Shown: positions 43,993 to 58,095 of the stretch, piece by piece
Layout of the letters: each line of letters opens with the position of its first letter
How positions within the stretch are numbered: the first letter of the stretch is position 1
From: Octopus vulgaris
Taxonomy: Eukaryota
Assembly: GCA_951406725.2 (NCBI GenBank)
Contig: OX597835.1
Span: forward strand, 44,950,001-45,014,000
Direction: 5' to 3'
Length of the DNA: 64,000 bases
The notes under the pieces: generated by a model
The model's input: only the letters and a program-made list of their open reading frames with translations
What the model was told of the DNA's origin: nothing
Database searches by the model: none
Made by a program: the position numbers and the translations under genes

Positions 43993-45329
43993 TTGTGCGT
44001 GTATATATATGTAATATATATAATACAAACACATATACTCATATACATCTGTGAGCGTCTCCGAGTGTGTGTGTATGTGTGTGTCCGTGTGTGTGTGTGA
44101 TATGAGCATGTTGGTTAGAGTAGAATATAAGGCAAATTATATGCAGAGATATTGGATTAACAATTATCTGGAAATACCAGCGTCTGCTTTTTTTCAAATA
44201 CCAGGAGAGATATCAGAATAGTAAAATAAGAGACAAAAAATACAAATAGGAAAAATAAACGATAGCAGCCTGTCCAACAGAGAGGAGGAGAGAGATGGAA
44301 AGTGAGAGAGAAAGAGACAGAGAAAGAGAGAAAGAGAGATAGGTGCAGGAAAGTGAACATTGATATATGTTTTCTGTTGATCTGCTACTATTACCAGCCA
44401 AATCTCCCTCAAATCTCACCCTCCACCCCGAACACCCTTAATTGTTGGAAGAGTACATTGGTAGTCTATATCTCAACATAAAGGAGATCGTGGTCAAAGC
44501 TGTAACGATTTTAATCATGGGTCTGACCTGTAAGGGCTAACCTGCGCCAAACCACTGCAAAAATAATGATAGCCACAAACGTAATGTCTTCATGAAGCAG
44601 TGCAAATATAACAAAACCGCCACAGCAACATCGACACCCACCACAACCTATTATAAAGCCGCAACAATAACACAAAAACTCAGCGGCTCGAAATGCCGTT
44701 AGCAAAAGTCAGATATCAATCCTAAGCATAACAAATTGAGATACGAACATTAAATCACTACACCTATAAATCATACACAATTTGTGGCAAACAAACGAAC
44801 CCTATACACATATGAATCTATAATCAATTCCATGCTAAACAAGAACAAGAACAACATCGACAGCAGCAGCAGCAGTAGCAGCAGCTTAAGATACAGAAGC
44901 AACAATTACAAAAACAGAAGCAAAAATACACTAATAAAGACGAAACAATCTCATAAACATGCGACTGATTAGAACTTTTCCGAAATAGTTCTGAGAAAGT
45001 AATGTAAAATATGTTTTAAAAAAAAAAACAGTAAAAGCAAAAACAATTACGGGATTACAGATATAGCATGCACTAAGTTTGCATGGATAATAGGAGAGAA
45101 GAAGGAAAGAGAAACGAATATAGCCCTAAAATAGCGATCGCAAATGTGAACAGATGAACAAAGAAAAACGACGGAGAAACGGAGTGGAGTAAGTGAAGCT
45201 ATATATCAAATTATCCTCACCTGCAACGATGAAACAGATATAACGTGTGCGTTTCACGTCTAATACACAACAACGAGCAGAAAATGTCAATAGAAATGGC
45301 ACAAGATGGAGAAGAAAGTATCATGTAAG

Positions 45330-45368
<39 letters not shown>

Positions 45369-45678
45369 GAGAGAGAGTAACTGGTGCCGTGAATAAAAAT
45401 AGCGAAAGAGATTTACCAAAGCAGAAAGGACATATAAAGATTAATATAAATATTATCAGCCAAATAGCTAAAACACGTAAAACATGGACTTACATAGATA
45501 CATACATACATACATACATACATTCATACATACATACATACATACATACATAATAGAGAGAGGGAGACATGCATACATATACATATATAAACATATTCAA
45601 ATATACATATATATCAATAGATATATACATACATATATATATATATATATATACAAACACACGCATATATATATGAGC

Positions 45679-45739
<61 letters not shown>

Positions 45740-46879
45740 CATACATACATACACACACACACACATATATATATATGTAATAAATAAATAAAAATGTGTG
45801 CGTGTGTATGTATGTATGTTTGTATATGCATATATGAGACATAAAATAAAAAAGATTTGACCGCAACACCGCAAATAAGAACGTTGATAGCAGCTAATTG
45901 TAGTAAACTCCTTGCGGATCAGGACTTTGGAATGGAGACTGAAATAATTTCTCCTTCGTAATAACATGTTTTGTACAAAATACAAGGAATTCCTACAGAG
46001 AATTATATGAGTCAAATATAGAAATAAAACAGTGTTGCGAAGAAAAGAATCAAAAGATTCTAAGCAGCAATAAAAAGAGAATAGATACAAAAGAAGAAAG
46101 GAAAGCTTGCCAGAGCGATTGAAAAAGAGTAAGCGTGTCAAATGTAGACAGAAACAGCGAGAGAGCATGTGGGAGAGAGAGAGATAAAGAGAAGAAAGAG
46201 AGAGAGGAGGTAAAGGGAGAGAGAGTGAGTGAGACCAAAGGGAATAGAGAGTATTAATGAAGCCCGCCAAAAAAATTTCTGATGGAAGATTGGGTACAAA
46301 TCAACAAATGAAGATATAAAAAGAACGTGATCAGGGGAAAAGAAGCAGAAGAATTTTGGAAAATAATCTATATACTGCATGTGACAATTTAGCCCAAATA
46401 TTAAACTTGATAATGAAATACGTCAATGATATACTCGGCTGGTTTATATATATATAGGATATACAATGTCGTTTAGGGAAACTGATCAAATGGAGACTAC
46501 ATGGAATTACAGACTATATGTATGTATAACTGAAAAATAGGCGAAGAGATACAAATATTGGGTTTTTGTGGGTAAACAAAAATTCTGTAAACCATTGTGA
46601 GAAAAGGAATTCGAAAATAAGTATAACAGATCGAATTTAACGCGGTTGAGTCTACATAGGCTAGAAATGATGCAGATTGCAGAGAGATCTCCAAAGAATT
46701 ATACCATTGATTTTTTTGGTTTGTTGTTTTAAATAAAACTAATCATGAGAGTCTCTCGGGGTCGGAGGAAGTGTATGCTGTAACTTGTTGCTGTAAAACT
46801 GGCAAAGACGATTTGTTTATAATGAAATATTTGTGCAGTACATTAGCTCTTTCCTCCCTCCATCAAATCGAAATTGCTT

Positions 46880-47050
46880 CTACATGTGCACAGGGCGTCA
46901 CACATCACATGACAACGGGATCCTAGAACAACGTGAAATAAAGTGATTTTTTTCAGGAAAATTACCGATACCACCCGGTCCAGTAATCGAAACCGTTATC
47001 TTACGGTTTCTAGTGCAACACGCTGTCTACCCGCCCATGCAGCCGCACAA
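46880..47050 (-). mobile_element. Degenerate SINE family D
   Basis: Minus strand GGTTTCGATTACTGGACCGGG...CACTTTATTTCACGTTG is shared with 289-632. Confidence 0.5.
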
Positions 47051-48565
47051 TTAAAGCTACATGTTTGAGAATGCATAAAAAGCTGAGGTGACATGGATAA
47101 GGCTCGAATTAATATGATCATAGGTTTGCACATTGAGTGCAGACCCCTTATTAAATAAACTCGTATCGACAATAGATAGAGATAACGGCATTTGTGAAAT
47201 AATACAGATGTTAGGTAGACAAGTAAGGAACGTGGAAAGAATGTAGAAAGATGACAGATAGGAATTATAAAATTTATAAAAATACAAAACGTACCATAAT
47301 TGTTGTATTTACGACAGGACGATTACATTCGATAGAGAAGCCGTGAAGTAAGATGAACTGATTTCAAGTTGCACTTGGAGATCATTCTTGAACTTACACT
47401 TTGTATTTCGAGGGCAGAAGCTGTGCAGCATCTTAGCCATTGTTGTAGAGCATAAGATTCACAATAACGTTTGCTGAGAATTTTATCACATTGCGCTAGA
47501 AATTTGGTGAAAGTTCCCGCTGTAGTCTCTTTATCGAGCCAGTTCTTGTGAATGAAATCGGATCGATGAAAGGCATGTAGAATCCTGTTTCTTTGTGACT
47601 CCTAGAATAACGGGGGCGGTATAGAAAGAGAGAAAGAGAGACAGTAGGAATGAGAAAGAGTGCATATTATTCCGAATATCACTGAATTAATCAGCGAGAA
47701 ATTGATGAACGTCAATGATGACGGCTGTGGGAATTCAGCTCCGAGACAACCTACAAATATACGACGCTCAAAACGACTCCATCAGTTTGCTGTCATTGTT
47801 ATTGCATGACAAACTTAATCATTAATCTCGGTTAAGTCCATCATTCGTGCATGTGTGTAACCATTCAATCGACAACGATGGGATGAACTAATTGGCTCCC
47901 AATTTCCTTCTGAAGAGATGAAGGTGTGATTTCTAAGAAGCTTGGATGACATTTTTAGTAGAACGAGCAACATCGGTGGCTGATGTCACTGGATGAGCTA
48001 CGAATGAAATATTCTGGTTTAAGAGCGTAGCAAAAAATTGAAAGAAAATCAAATATTCACTCTGATGCTTTTAGTGTTATCTAGATTAAACGTAATCATC
48101 TGAAGGATGAGTGAAATGCTCACATAGGATAATACGCAAAACAAGACCTCCCCGATTTACATCTCTTAATAAACACTGCAATAGCAAACTCCCATTTGTT
48201 GTTCTAAATTAAGTTGACAATTGATAATTAGTTACTTGAAAGCAGTATGATTTTTTCTAAATCTAACTTCATCATAGAAACAGCCATGCAAAATAAGGGA
48301 AGCGCTTCAGTCGTTGTTATGTTATTAGAATACTTGAGACCGTGTAAACGTTATTGAATGCAGTATAGAGGGGACCAAATAATTAAGTTTTCAACAAGGG
48401 AGACGCTAGATCGTAGCCCTGCCTGCTAGAAATAAAATAGTAGCCCAATCAATAACAGATATTACATATTTTCAAAGGAACCGTATTACACAATATAGTC
48501 CAACGACGACTATGTCGCTGATAAAGACAAAATGGCTACAGGAAAAGTTGGGATGTTTGAGATAA

Positions 48566-50815
48566 CACTGGTCAACAAAATGAAACTTTTTTAATCATTA
48601 GAGTTGCTGGTTGACTTTTCTGGGTTAATTTTTGATGCTGATTATGAATCTGAAGTCCGATTTCCTCTATCAGGTCACATTTTCATGTTAATGATACCTG
48701 CTGTTTTAACTAATCGGATACGTAAAGCATGTCTATATAAAGTATATTGAATACAAGATACGATAGTTTCATGGCTTTTTATTGTACAAAATTAAACTTA
48801 CTCTGTACAAATAAGTTGGGATACACTCAAATGCATAACAACTTAAAATCTTTGGGATTTGAACTTTCTATGTTGTTTGGTCTCAGGTTCATCCCTGAAT
48901 AATATCCAACAGTAGTCAGCTAACATTCCTGCATTCCAAAATCCTTGATATCGTTGTTCCATCGAATGAAAGCGTTCCCCTTGCTCCTCAGACACTGTTC
49001 CAAGGTTCTCTGCAAAAAAAAGTCCAGATGTGAATCATGGAAATGGACTTTTAGCGACATCCGACAGCCATTGCAGCATAGGAGTCTAGAAGACATTTCA
49101 CTCCATTTCTAAACTCTAGAGATCTCTTGTTACCTAGGAAATTTTCACAGAGCCATTTGAAGGATTCCCAGACTTTAAGCTCAATCTCATCCAGTGCTGT
49201 GAGGAAGTAGCTGTCCTTCGGTTCTTTTAACTGCGGACCTATGAATACGCCCTCCTTCAGTTTTGCCTCGGTGATTTTTTTGAAATTTGGCCTTCCCATA
49301 TTCAAAACCTTTTCAGCTTTTTCTGTCGAGTGTCTTCACGAATTGTTTCACGGAGGGTGAGGTGGGGAGAGAAGAACATTTTCTGGGTTTAAAAGTGGCT
49401 TACTCTGGACGCTAGAAATTCCCGGCTCATATGCTTTTCGCAAAGGCCACTCTCATTGCACATAGTGGTTGTTAGCTGCACGACTGTCCCATAGGCATAA
49501 AAAGCAACAATATTTCGTGAACCCAGATTGCATTCCCATCAACATTCCAATCACCTTCGAGTCTCCACATATTTTCCAGCTGTAGTTTGTATACTTTATG
49601 GCATTGAAGAGTACTTGCATGTTTTCATAACACTCCTTCATGTGCACTGAATGTCCTATGGGAATGGATGCGTTCTTATTGCCGATGTGTAGTAGTACTG
49701 CTTTGAGGCTTCTCTTAGATGAATCAATAAATAAGCGCCATTCAGTTGGAACATTCTCTTGGAACAAACAGCGAAATAACACATCACTGTTATTACTGAA
49801 ACAAAGTAGTCCATCAACAGAGAAGTATGAAGTCAGTTCCCTATTTCGTTTCCTGAAATGAGTAGTACAAGCATCTTTCATAAGCAGAGACTTATCTTGT
49901 AGGCGAGATGCTAATAGTTCAGCTTTATCCTTCGACAATGTCAAGTCTCTAACTAAATCATTTAACTCTCTTTGAGAAAATGTCTGTGGTACGTCTTCAT
50001 TTTCAATCGTGAAATCTGCACCCACTTCGGTGTCATCCACAGCAGTAGTAATTTCTTCAGGAAATACATCTTCGTTAGACATCTGAAGGCCATTTTCTGG
50101 TGGTATTAGAATAGGAAGAGCATCATCGTGGTATGATACTGGTCTTCTTGCTGATTCCAAGTTGAGATACACAATCTGATGCTTGGTCGTTACAATAAAC
50201 CCACATACATTAACGTTTCAGAAATAACAGTCCATGAAATGACCCTTTGGCTATCTCCATATCATAGGTATTGCAAACGGCATTGCTCTCTTTCTCTTAT
50301 TTAGCCAGTGCTTTAGTCCATTTGAACAAGCTGAGCAGATGATATGCAGGGGCCAACTCTTGTCTTGATCCTCAAGAGAGCAGCCAAAGTATAACTGGTA
50401 GATCTTCTTGATTTCACACGTTGCTGAGCTTTGGTGGTAAATGAACCACATTCATGACAAAATATAGCAGGACTGTTCTTGCAATGCCATGACATCCTGA
50501 ATAGAGTTTGATGATGATGATGATAATGATGACTTGGTACCTTAAACAGAAAGTAAAATATATGAAATGAAAAGATTATGAAAACATAAAATTACAAAAT
50601 GAATACAAATAGTTATAAAACAGAAGTCAGAATTTACCTGTATAAGACGTTTACGTGTAGCGATACTGCTGATGGGAGTACAACTCTCTCATCTCATCTC
50701 ATCATAAAAACTGTACCCGATAGAAGGAAACCGGTTACATTTTTGAAATCCGTAGACAAAACTAGTTATAAAACACCATATAATATCGCTGATGACAATT
50801 GGTTGTTGAGTAGTG
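48566..50815 (-). mobile_element. Full-length Chapaev3-type (CMC superfamily) DNA transposon, 2250 bp
   Basis: TIRs CACTGGTCAACAA / TTGTTGAGTAGTG; 3-bp TSD TAA at 48563-48565 and 50816-50818; transposase motifs inside. Family name is from recall of CAC termini with TWA TSD. Confidence 0.82.
48843..50495 (-). pseudogene. Frameshifted Chapaev3-type transposase
   Basis: FCHECG, HIICSAC, MPFAIPMIWR, ELNDLVRDL, WRLFIDSSKRSLKAVLLH, ICGD.KV, CCFLCLWDSRA, KLKEGVFIGPQ, SEEQGERFH, YQGFWNAGMLADYCW spread over several frames. Confidence 0.85.
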
Positions 50816-51517
50816 TAATTGTTTTGTTCAATAGAAGAGAAGAGGCGATAAACAATAACCATAATTAAAAAAGAAAACAATCGGACGATTACAATTGTAT
50901 AGCAGGTTGCAGAGAATTATGAGGCTTATGATTTTCAATCGTAAACGGCAGCCATTAGACTACAAGTTGACCTGAAGTAAAATTAAAATAGATTGCATCA
51001 AATTGTACACAAATACGAGAACTACGAGGAAAGGCTACAATAATACATCTTCAAAGTGTCCACGTGATAGAAAATTAAAGTGAGTCCTGAAGACATATTG
51101 CATAATGAAAATACAAGGAACACGGAAGCCACAAACAGAAGACTCACCTGTTATATCTTGTAGAAGTAGCAAACAAATCTGGCGCAAATTGCACCCTGGT
51201 TTTTTAATGAAGGTAAAGATACGTTGGATGTAATAGGCATGAAAGAAAAAATGAGTTTAAATACATAAAGGAAAGTTTGAATTGCTCAGTCTCAATAACT
51301 ATGCCTGAAAACATATGTGGCATCATCTGAGACAGAATAACCTTGAAAATAAGATGGATGTGTTTGATAATATAGTTCTCGTTATAAATAGCCTGAAAGA
51401 AATATAGAAAGAAAACAGACGTCGCTTCAACTTAGCTAATCATGAATTTGCTTTGTGTAGACAAACCTAAGGCTAGGCAAGTTACAAGATATAAGTATGG
51501 GGTATCTCATGACCTGT

Positions 51518-51563
<46 letters not shown>

Positions 51564-51771
51564 CCGCGCACGTGCATTATCGTTTGGTTTTATGTTTAGT
51601 TATGATAAAAACCATTTTAGATTAGTCTAGTTGGTTACTCTATACCGTTGTTGAGTAAATTGCATCATTTCAAACAAGATTGTTGTTCACTCTGACTTCG
51701 ATGCTTCATGTTAGCAGACCCAAACGTCGAAGTTACTGTCAACAGCATTCATTTTTTATCAATTATATAAA

Positions 51772-52030
51772 CATGCGCAGGAGTGGCTGTGTGGTAAATA
51801 GCTTGCTTATCAACCACATGGGTTCTGGTTCAGTCCCACCGCGTGGCACCTTGGGCAAGTGTATTCTACTACAACCTCGGGCCGACCAACGTCTTTTGAG
51901 TGAATTTGGTTGACGGAAACTGAAAGAAGCCCATCGTACGTGTATATTTATATATTTGTATATATATGTGTGTGTATTTGTGTGTCTGTGCTTGTCCCCC
52001 ACCATCGCCTGACAACCGATGCTGTTTGTC
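51772..52030 (+). mobile_element. SINE family B, 3'-truncated
   Basis: GCGCAGGAGTGGCTGTGTGGTAAATAGCTTGC...GGCACCTTGGGCAAGTGT (CORE-like)...GACAACCGATGCTG. Confidence 0.85.
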
Positions 52031-52065
52031 AGGTGATGGTGGGAATAGGCACGTGTGTATATGTG

Positions 52066-52116
<51 letters not shown>

Positions 52117-52647
52117 CACATCTTCAAATGCACCGCAGTATGACATTTGCAAATTCATTATATGTAAACGAAAACGTATGATGAATATATTAAAACAGCA
52201 TCTGTCTATTCCGAATAAATTACAGAACGAAGGAATATATGCTATAATTCTGATCAACAGGAGCAAATACGCCATATAATTGTCGAATAAGAAACGAAGT
52301 AAAATCTTATCTAATGTGTAAAGATTGTTGTTTTTCGCATATTTGAAAAGAATATAGACTTTTATTTTGAGTGACAAGTAGAATATTAAGTTGCTAATTG
52401 GCTGCAACGATAAAAGTGTGAATATTTCATGTGTAAAGACGTCTCTACTTCACGTTTTTTTGCAAACACATGTGTTTCGGTATATGTGTGTGCGCGTGTA
52501 CGTGCGCTTGTATGTGAAGAGGGAGAGAGAAAGAGCATGGTTGTGTGTATGTATGTGTTCTTGTATGCACTGCGCGCACGTGCATACGTGTGTAACGCTT
52601 CATATATACATGCGTACATATAAATTTATATAGAGACATATATATGT

Positions 52648-52693
<46 letters not shown>

Positions 52694-52732
52694 ATAGATA
52701 GGCTGGTAGTTAGATACATACATAGATAAGTA

Positions 52733-52780
<48 letters not shown>

Positions 52781-53154
52781 CAAATATGTGTGTATGTATA
52801 TGTAAGAATATGTATAAATATATATATACATACATGCATATGCATACACATATATACGTTTTTGTGTATGTTCATGTATCGATAATGTACACTTCTATAA
52901 AATTAGGCTTTTATGCAAAAATTGGATATCTTCTGTCAATTATGTCAAAACTCTTATTCTATTAGTCCAACTAAATCTAATCTCATCTAATACTATTAGT
53001 ATTTTGCTGATGTAAGCTAATATAATATTTTCCATACAGAGATCCTCAAAAAGCCAACATCCGAAAATACTGTAGTCTAATATCTATACATCTAAATTAT
53101 ATTATGCTTATGATAGAAGAGTTTCTTTTCATACAACGCCATGTTATATTGATA

Positions 53155-53600
53155 GAGACATCATAAGTGATGATATTTGTGGTCATTAAGGTGTTCGGGT
53201 CTTTCAACCGCCAGACGTCTTCACCCTAGCGATCCAGCCAGGAATGGTTTAGTCTTATCGTATATCTACTTGGCTCTACTCCTCGGAACAGTCATCTTCC
53301 CAGGGTTTGCAACTCGTGAGCCACAAGGCTCTCGAAGAAAACACTTCCAAATCTACAGCCAGCTTAAGGGCTTTCCACCGACTGGCCCTTCCAGCAGGTC
53401 TTATATTCTGGAGAATTAAAGACATGCAATTCCTATGCGTCCCCCCTCAGCGGCACTGGTTGCTATGTCAATTCCATATAAGAAAATTTGTATCCCGTAC
53501 TCTCATTTGTCCCCTAAAATCGGTCCTCGCAGAGATATCACTACTTCATAAAAATTACTTCGAGTCTAATCACTGTTTGGCTGCTCTGTGGTGTAAAGAA
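53155..53600 (-). mobile_element. Decayed 3' end of a Hero-like RLE non-LTR retrotransposon
   Basis: Minus remnants CEDRF*GTNES (cf. PWED...A.ERK) and GRASRWKALKLAVDLEVFSSRALWL (cf. AE..SRWLW); 3' UTR CCTGGCTGGATCGC...TTGAAAGACCCGAACACC...ATCACT.ATGATGT resembles Hero UTRs as I recall them. Confidence 0.5.
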
Positions 53601-54025
53601 GAGAAATCCTTGACATTACTTCCGGTGATGGTATCCGTATTAGTCGGGAGTGAAGTCTTGATCGTCCGTCTAAGGCTCAGTCGCAAATTTATCTCATACA
53701 TTTAAAAAGTATATTTGCACAAAGATTCTATGGCTTTCTGTGGGATCAAAAATGCACGTCTTTTTTTAAATACTTTTTTGGTTTCAAACTTGCTGAGGCA
53801 GCTACAAACATTCCCTACGTGGATAGGTATGGATGATTAACTAAATTATTTTGCTGCAATATTTACAGGGGTCGGCCATCACGTACGACTCTTGAATTCT
53901 GATATATATTTATGTATAATTTGGAATTATATATAGATATATGACTATTTATAACTGTTTTGTAACTGCAATTAGTTGCATCAGAAGCGGACACACGCCT
54001 AAACATACACTCACTTGTGTATGCG

Positions 54026-54067
<42 letters not shown>

Positions 54068-54204
54068 CACACACAAACACACACATATATATGTATATAT
54101 ATTAATATTATATAAGCTTAATTCATCGCAGTAAATACATACACGTACATATATACATTCATAAAACATAGATGTATAGAGACCTATATGTGTATATATA
54201 TGTA

Positions 54205-54257
<53 letters not shown>

Positions 54258-54481
54258 GTGTGTGTATATACACACCGACATCGCATCGCATTATTTATTC
54301 ATATATTTTAAGGACTAATTTCTGCGCAAATTTATTGATTGTCAGTCAACTCGGGGAAATTGGGAGAACATACTTCAGATAATAATGTAGTTTTTGCTGA
54401 CAATCCATAAATTTCCAATTAGGTTTATTTAATGGCTTTTATTTCAGTTATTAACAGTATTATAATTTTCTAAGCAACATG

Positions 54482-54581
54482 ATTATTATTATTATTATTA
54501 TTGTTATTATTATTAATATCAATATTATTATTATTATTATTATTATTGTTATTATTATTATTGTTCTTCTTATTCTTATTA

Positions 54582-54614
<33 letters not shown>

Positions 54615-54670
54615 GTAGTAGTAGTAGTAGTATTGTTGTTGTTGTTGTTGTTGTTGTTGTTATTATTATC
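54482..54670. repeat. Compound (TTA)n/(GTA)n/(GTT)n microsatellite
   Basis: Directly visible. Confidence 0.95.
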
Positions 54671-55249
54671 ATTTTGGAATCGTTCATAATTTCCTCATAT
54701 TATTTACTCTCAAAGACAAGCTCTCATCAATTTAAGCATTTTCCCCCCATGAGTTGTAATGTGAGTGTAAGGTGCGCTACACCCAACGTATTAATATCAT
54801 TCGGGAAAGTTACGTGCGATTTTCAGGCGTAAACGAGCATTGAATGCGGCAATTGTTTTGCGACAAGAAAAAAGAACAAAAAAAAAAGAAATGTTGAAAA
54901 TTTGGTTCCAACTCTTTATTGTAATCCAGGTTTTAAGTGTGGTGTTTTCTGAATGACATTACTTGGATGACAACAACTCAAGACATTTTGTTTGTTGGTT
55001 TTGTTGTTCCGTACAGTTGATGGTGAAAATTTTGCTATTTCTGTATATATTTATTCGTATTCTTCACCTCAAGTTTATGTATTTTCTTACTCTAATTGTG
55101 TGATTGACACAATCATATTTTATGTTTTTTTTTTAAAAATCCTCTTTGTGTATTTCGCTTTTGTACTGTCCGATGCAGCTTGAGCCCTCGTAATGTAAAG
55201 AGATCCACCGTCTCTCTCTCTTTCTCTTCTGTTTCCATCTACTCTTCTT

Positions 55250-55267
55250 TTTTGTTGTTGTTCGTCT

Positions 55268-55299
<32 letters not shown>

Positions 55300-55439
55300 T
55301 TCTTCTTTTTCATCTTCCTCTTCTTCTTCTTCCTCTTCTTCTTCTACTACTACTACTTGTAATACCACCACCATCGCCATCATCACTTCCATACCACGAC
55401 CCCGACATCAAACATGACCACCACCACATTCACCATGAT

Positions 55440-55506
<67 letters not shown>

Positions 55507-55552
55507 GCTACTACTACTACTGCTACTACCACTACTACTACTACTACTACTC
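55250..55552. repeat. (TTC)n and (TAC)n microsatellites
   Basis: Directly visible. Confidence 0.95.
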
Positions 55553-56289
55553 CATGATATTCGACTTATTGTAATTATTTTTACTGTTATTAATTTTATT
55601 ATTTGCTTTTGCCGTGTTTTTTTTCCGTTTTCTTGCATTTATTCACAAAATCCTCGCCACCAAACTTATTCTTCTTTCACTACATATATTGGTTGTTGCT
55701 GATGATGCTGATGCTTCTGTTGCTGTTGCTGCTGGTGTAATATAAAGATAATATTACTGCTGCTGCTGCTGATGGTGTTGATAGTGATGATGAAGATGAT
55801 GATGACGAAATTGATTACAGTGACGATGATTGTAGTGATGATGATGATGATGATGAAATTGATTATAGTGATGATGATGATGATGATGTTGTTTTCCCTG
55901 AACGTATAATGTTGTTTGTTATATAATTACATTTTTCTGATATTTTTCTCTCTTCCTAATTTTCAAATATTCTAATGAATGTAATATAACGTTCCGGAAA
56001 ATTTCCCCCCTTCAAAAATGTATAATTCACTTTAACGGTACAAAACTTGGCAAATTTTTTCCCTCCTCCTGTATTACAGTAATCAGCATGGAAAAATAAT
56101 TTAAGCAATTTATTTCCCATCTATTTTTCTTAGCAAACTACGCACCATGCTGTCTTAAAAATCGAGAACATCTCATAACGAAGTTAACATTCAAAGTAGC
56201 TGGCGCACATGGACACGCACACGCACACGCCACGAACATACACACACGCACATATATACATATGTATGTTGTTACATGTGCACATATAT

Positions 56290-56453
<164 letters not shown>

Positions 56454-56656
56454 GTGTATATATATATATATAAATATATATATGTGTGTATATATATATA
56501 TAAATATAAGAGAGTTAACGATAGTGGTTAACGATAGTGGCTAACTCTAGTGCTAGAAATAGCTCCTTATTCTGGTATAGCCACCGACGATTTTTTCCAC
56601 TTGGTGTTAAACTGACGGTATTATTAAATTAATATCTAATTTTTCACCCTCATTTA

Positions 56657-56718
<62 letters not shown>

Positions 56719-56736
56719 GATAGATAGAGAGATAGG

Positions 56737-56806
<70 letters not shown>

Positions 56807-56881
56807 TGCTTACAGATTATATACATGCATCTTTATATATGTATGTGCCTGTGTAAGTGAGTGAGAGTGTATACCCACCGT

Positions 56882-56915
56882 CCGACGAAGGCTAAAAGGC
56901 CGAAACTTCGAAGTC
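56882..56915 (+). ncRNA. Hammerhead-like motif, core CCGACGA, helix I not evident
   Basis: CCGACGA-A-GGCT-AAAA-GGCC-GAAA-CTTCGAAG-TC; helix III is the 10-nt palindrome ACTTCGAAGT with a GUC triplet. Confidence 0.45.
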
Positions 56916-57033
56916 CCTATTGTCCCTTATTGTATTAAAAATATAATAGATATATAATCTACAGAATATGTGGAGTAATTTAATGTTAATCTTTATATTA
57001 AAACTGCGAAAAATACGAATATATATATATATA

Positions 57034-57236
57034 TACTCTTTTACTTGTTTCAGTCATTTGACTGCGGCCATGCTGGAGCACCGCCTTTAGTCGAGCAAAT
57101 CGACCCCGGGACTTATTCTTTGTAAGCCCAGTACTTATTCTATCGGTCTCTTTTGCCGAACCGCTAAGTGACGGGGACGTAAACACACCAGCATCGGTTG
57201 TCAAGCAATGCTAGGGGGACAAACACAGACACACAA

Positions 57237-57268
<32 letters not shown>

Positions 57269-57443
57269 GCATATATACGACGGGCTTCTTTCAGTTTCCG
57301 CCTACCAAATCCACTCACAAGGCATTGGTCGGCCCAGGGCTATAGCAAAAGACACTTGCCCAAGATGCCATGCAGTGGGACTGAACCCAGAACCATGTGG
57401 TTGGTTAGCAAGCTACTTACCACACAGCCACTCCTGCGCCTAT
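57034..57443 (-). mobile_element. SINE family B, full length
   Basis: Complete head-to-tail copy including the CORE-like CTTGGGCAAGTGTCTT and the LINE-like tail. Confidence 0.92.
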
Positions 57444-57453
57444 ATATATAATT

Positions 57454-57720
57454 ATTGATAAAACGGTAAGATAACAAAAGAAAGAAAGATACTTCAATGT
57501 TATGTAAATAGAGGAAATTTATCTGTAAAATAATAAGTGACAATTATTCAATAGCCAAGATAAAACTCTGAGTTTCGGATGCCGAGGTGGAAATCCACAA
57601 CACCATCTCTTCGGTTATCTGGCCATTGAATAATTGTCACATATTATTTTATAGATAAATTTCCTTTATTTACATAATATTGAGGTCTCTTTCTTTTGTT
57701 ATCTTACCGTTTTTACAAAT
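57454..57720 (-). mobile_element. ~270-bp foldback element in (TA)n with a hammerhead-like fold at the apex
   Basis: Arms ~57454-57563 and ~57615-57720 are imperfect reverse complements; the centre on the minus strand is CCGAAGA-helix II-GAAA-CTCAGAG-TT. Confidence 0.75.
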
Positions 57721-57889
57721 ATATATATATATATATATATATAATGTTACCTAACAAAATTTGCAGGGACTTCTTTCCTGGTTTGAAGAGAAATTTCAAG
57801 AGATGTATAAAATCTCCACATATACTCGTTATGCATTTGGGCAATTTTGCGGGCGACAACAAAAGAAAACTATAAAATATTGATTTCAG

Positions 57890-58095
57890 TAGTTTGGCAT
57901 AAGGCCACATATTTAGGTAGAGCGGGTAAGTCAGTTACATCGACCCCACTGTTTCACTGGTATTTATTTTAACAACACTGAGAGGATGAAAGGCAACGTC
58001 AGTGTCTGTAGAATTAGAACTCAGAACGTGAGAATAGACGAAATGCCGCTAAGTATTGTGTCAGGCGAGCTAATTGTTCTACGATTGCACCGCTT
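57890..58095 (-). mobile_element. Degenerate SINE family A
   Basis: TTACATCGACCCCA...GAGGATGAAAGGCAA...GAACTCAGAACGT...GACGAAATGCCGCTAAG. Confidence 0.7.

Noticed and set aside
45614-46270. 218-aa minus-strand ORF (and 214-aa ORF at 51763-52407)
   Set aside because: Both run through microsatellites or a SINE, with low-complexity composition and no recognisable domain.
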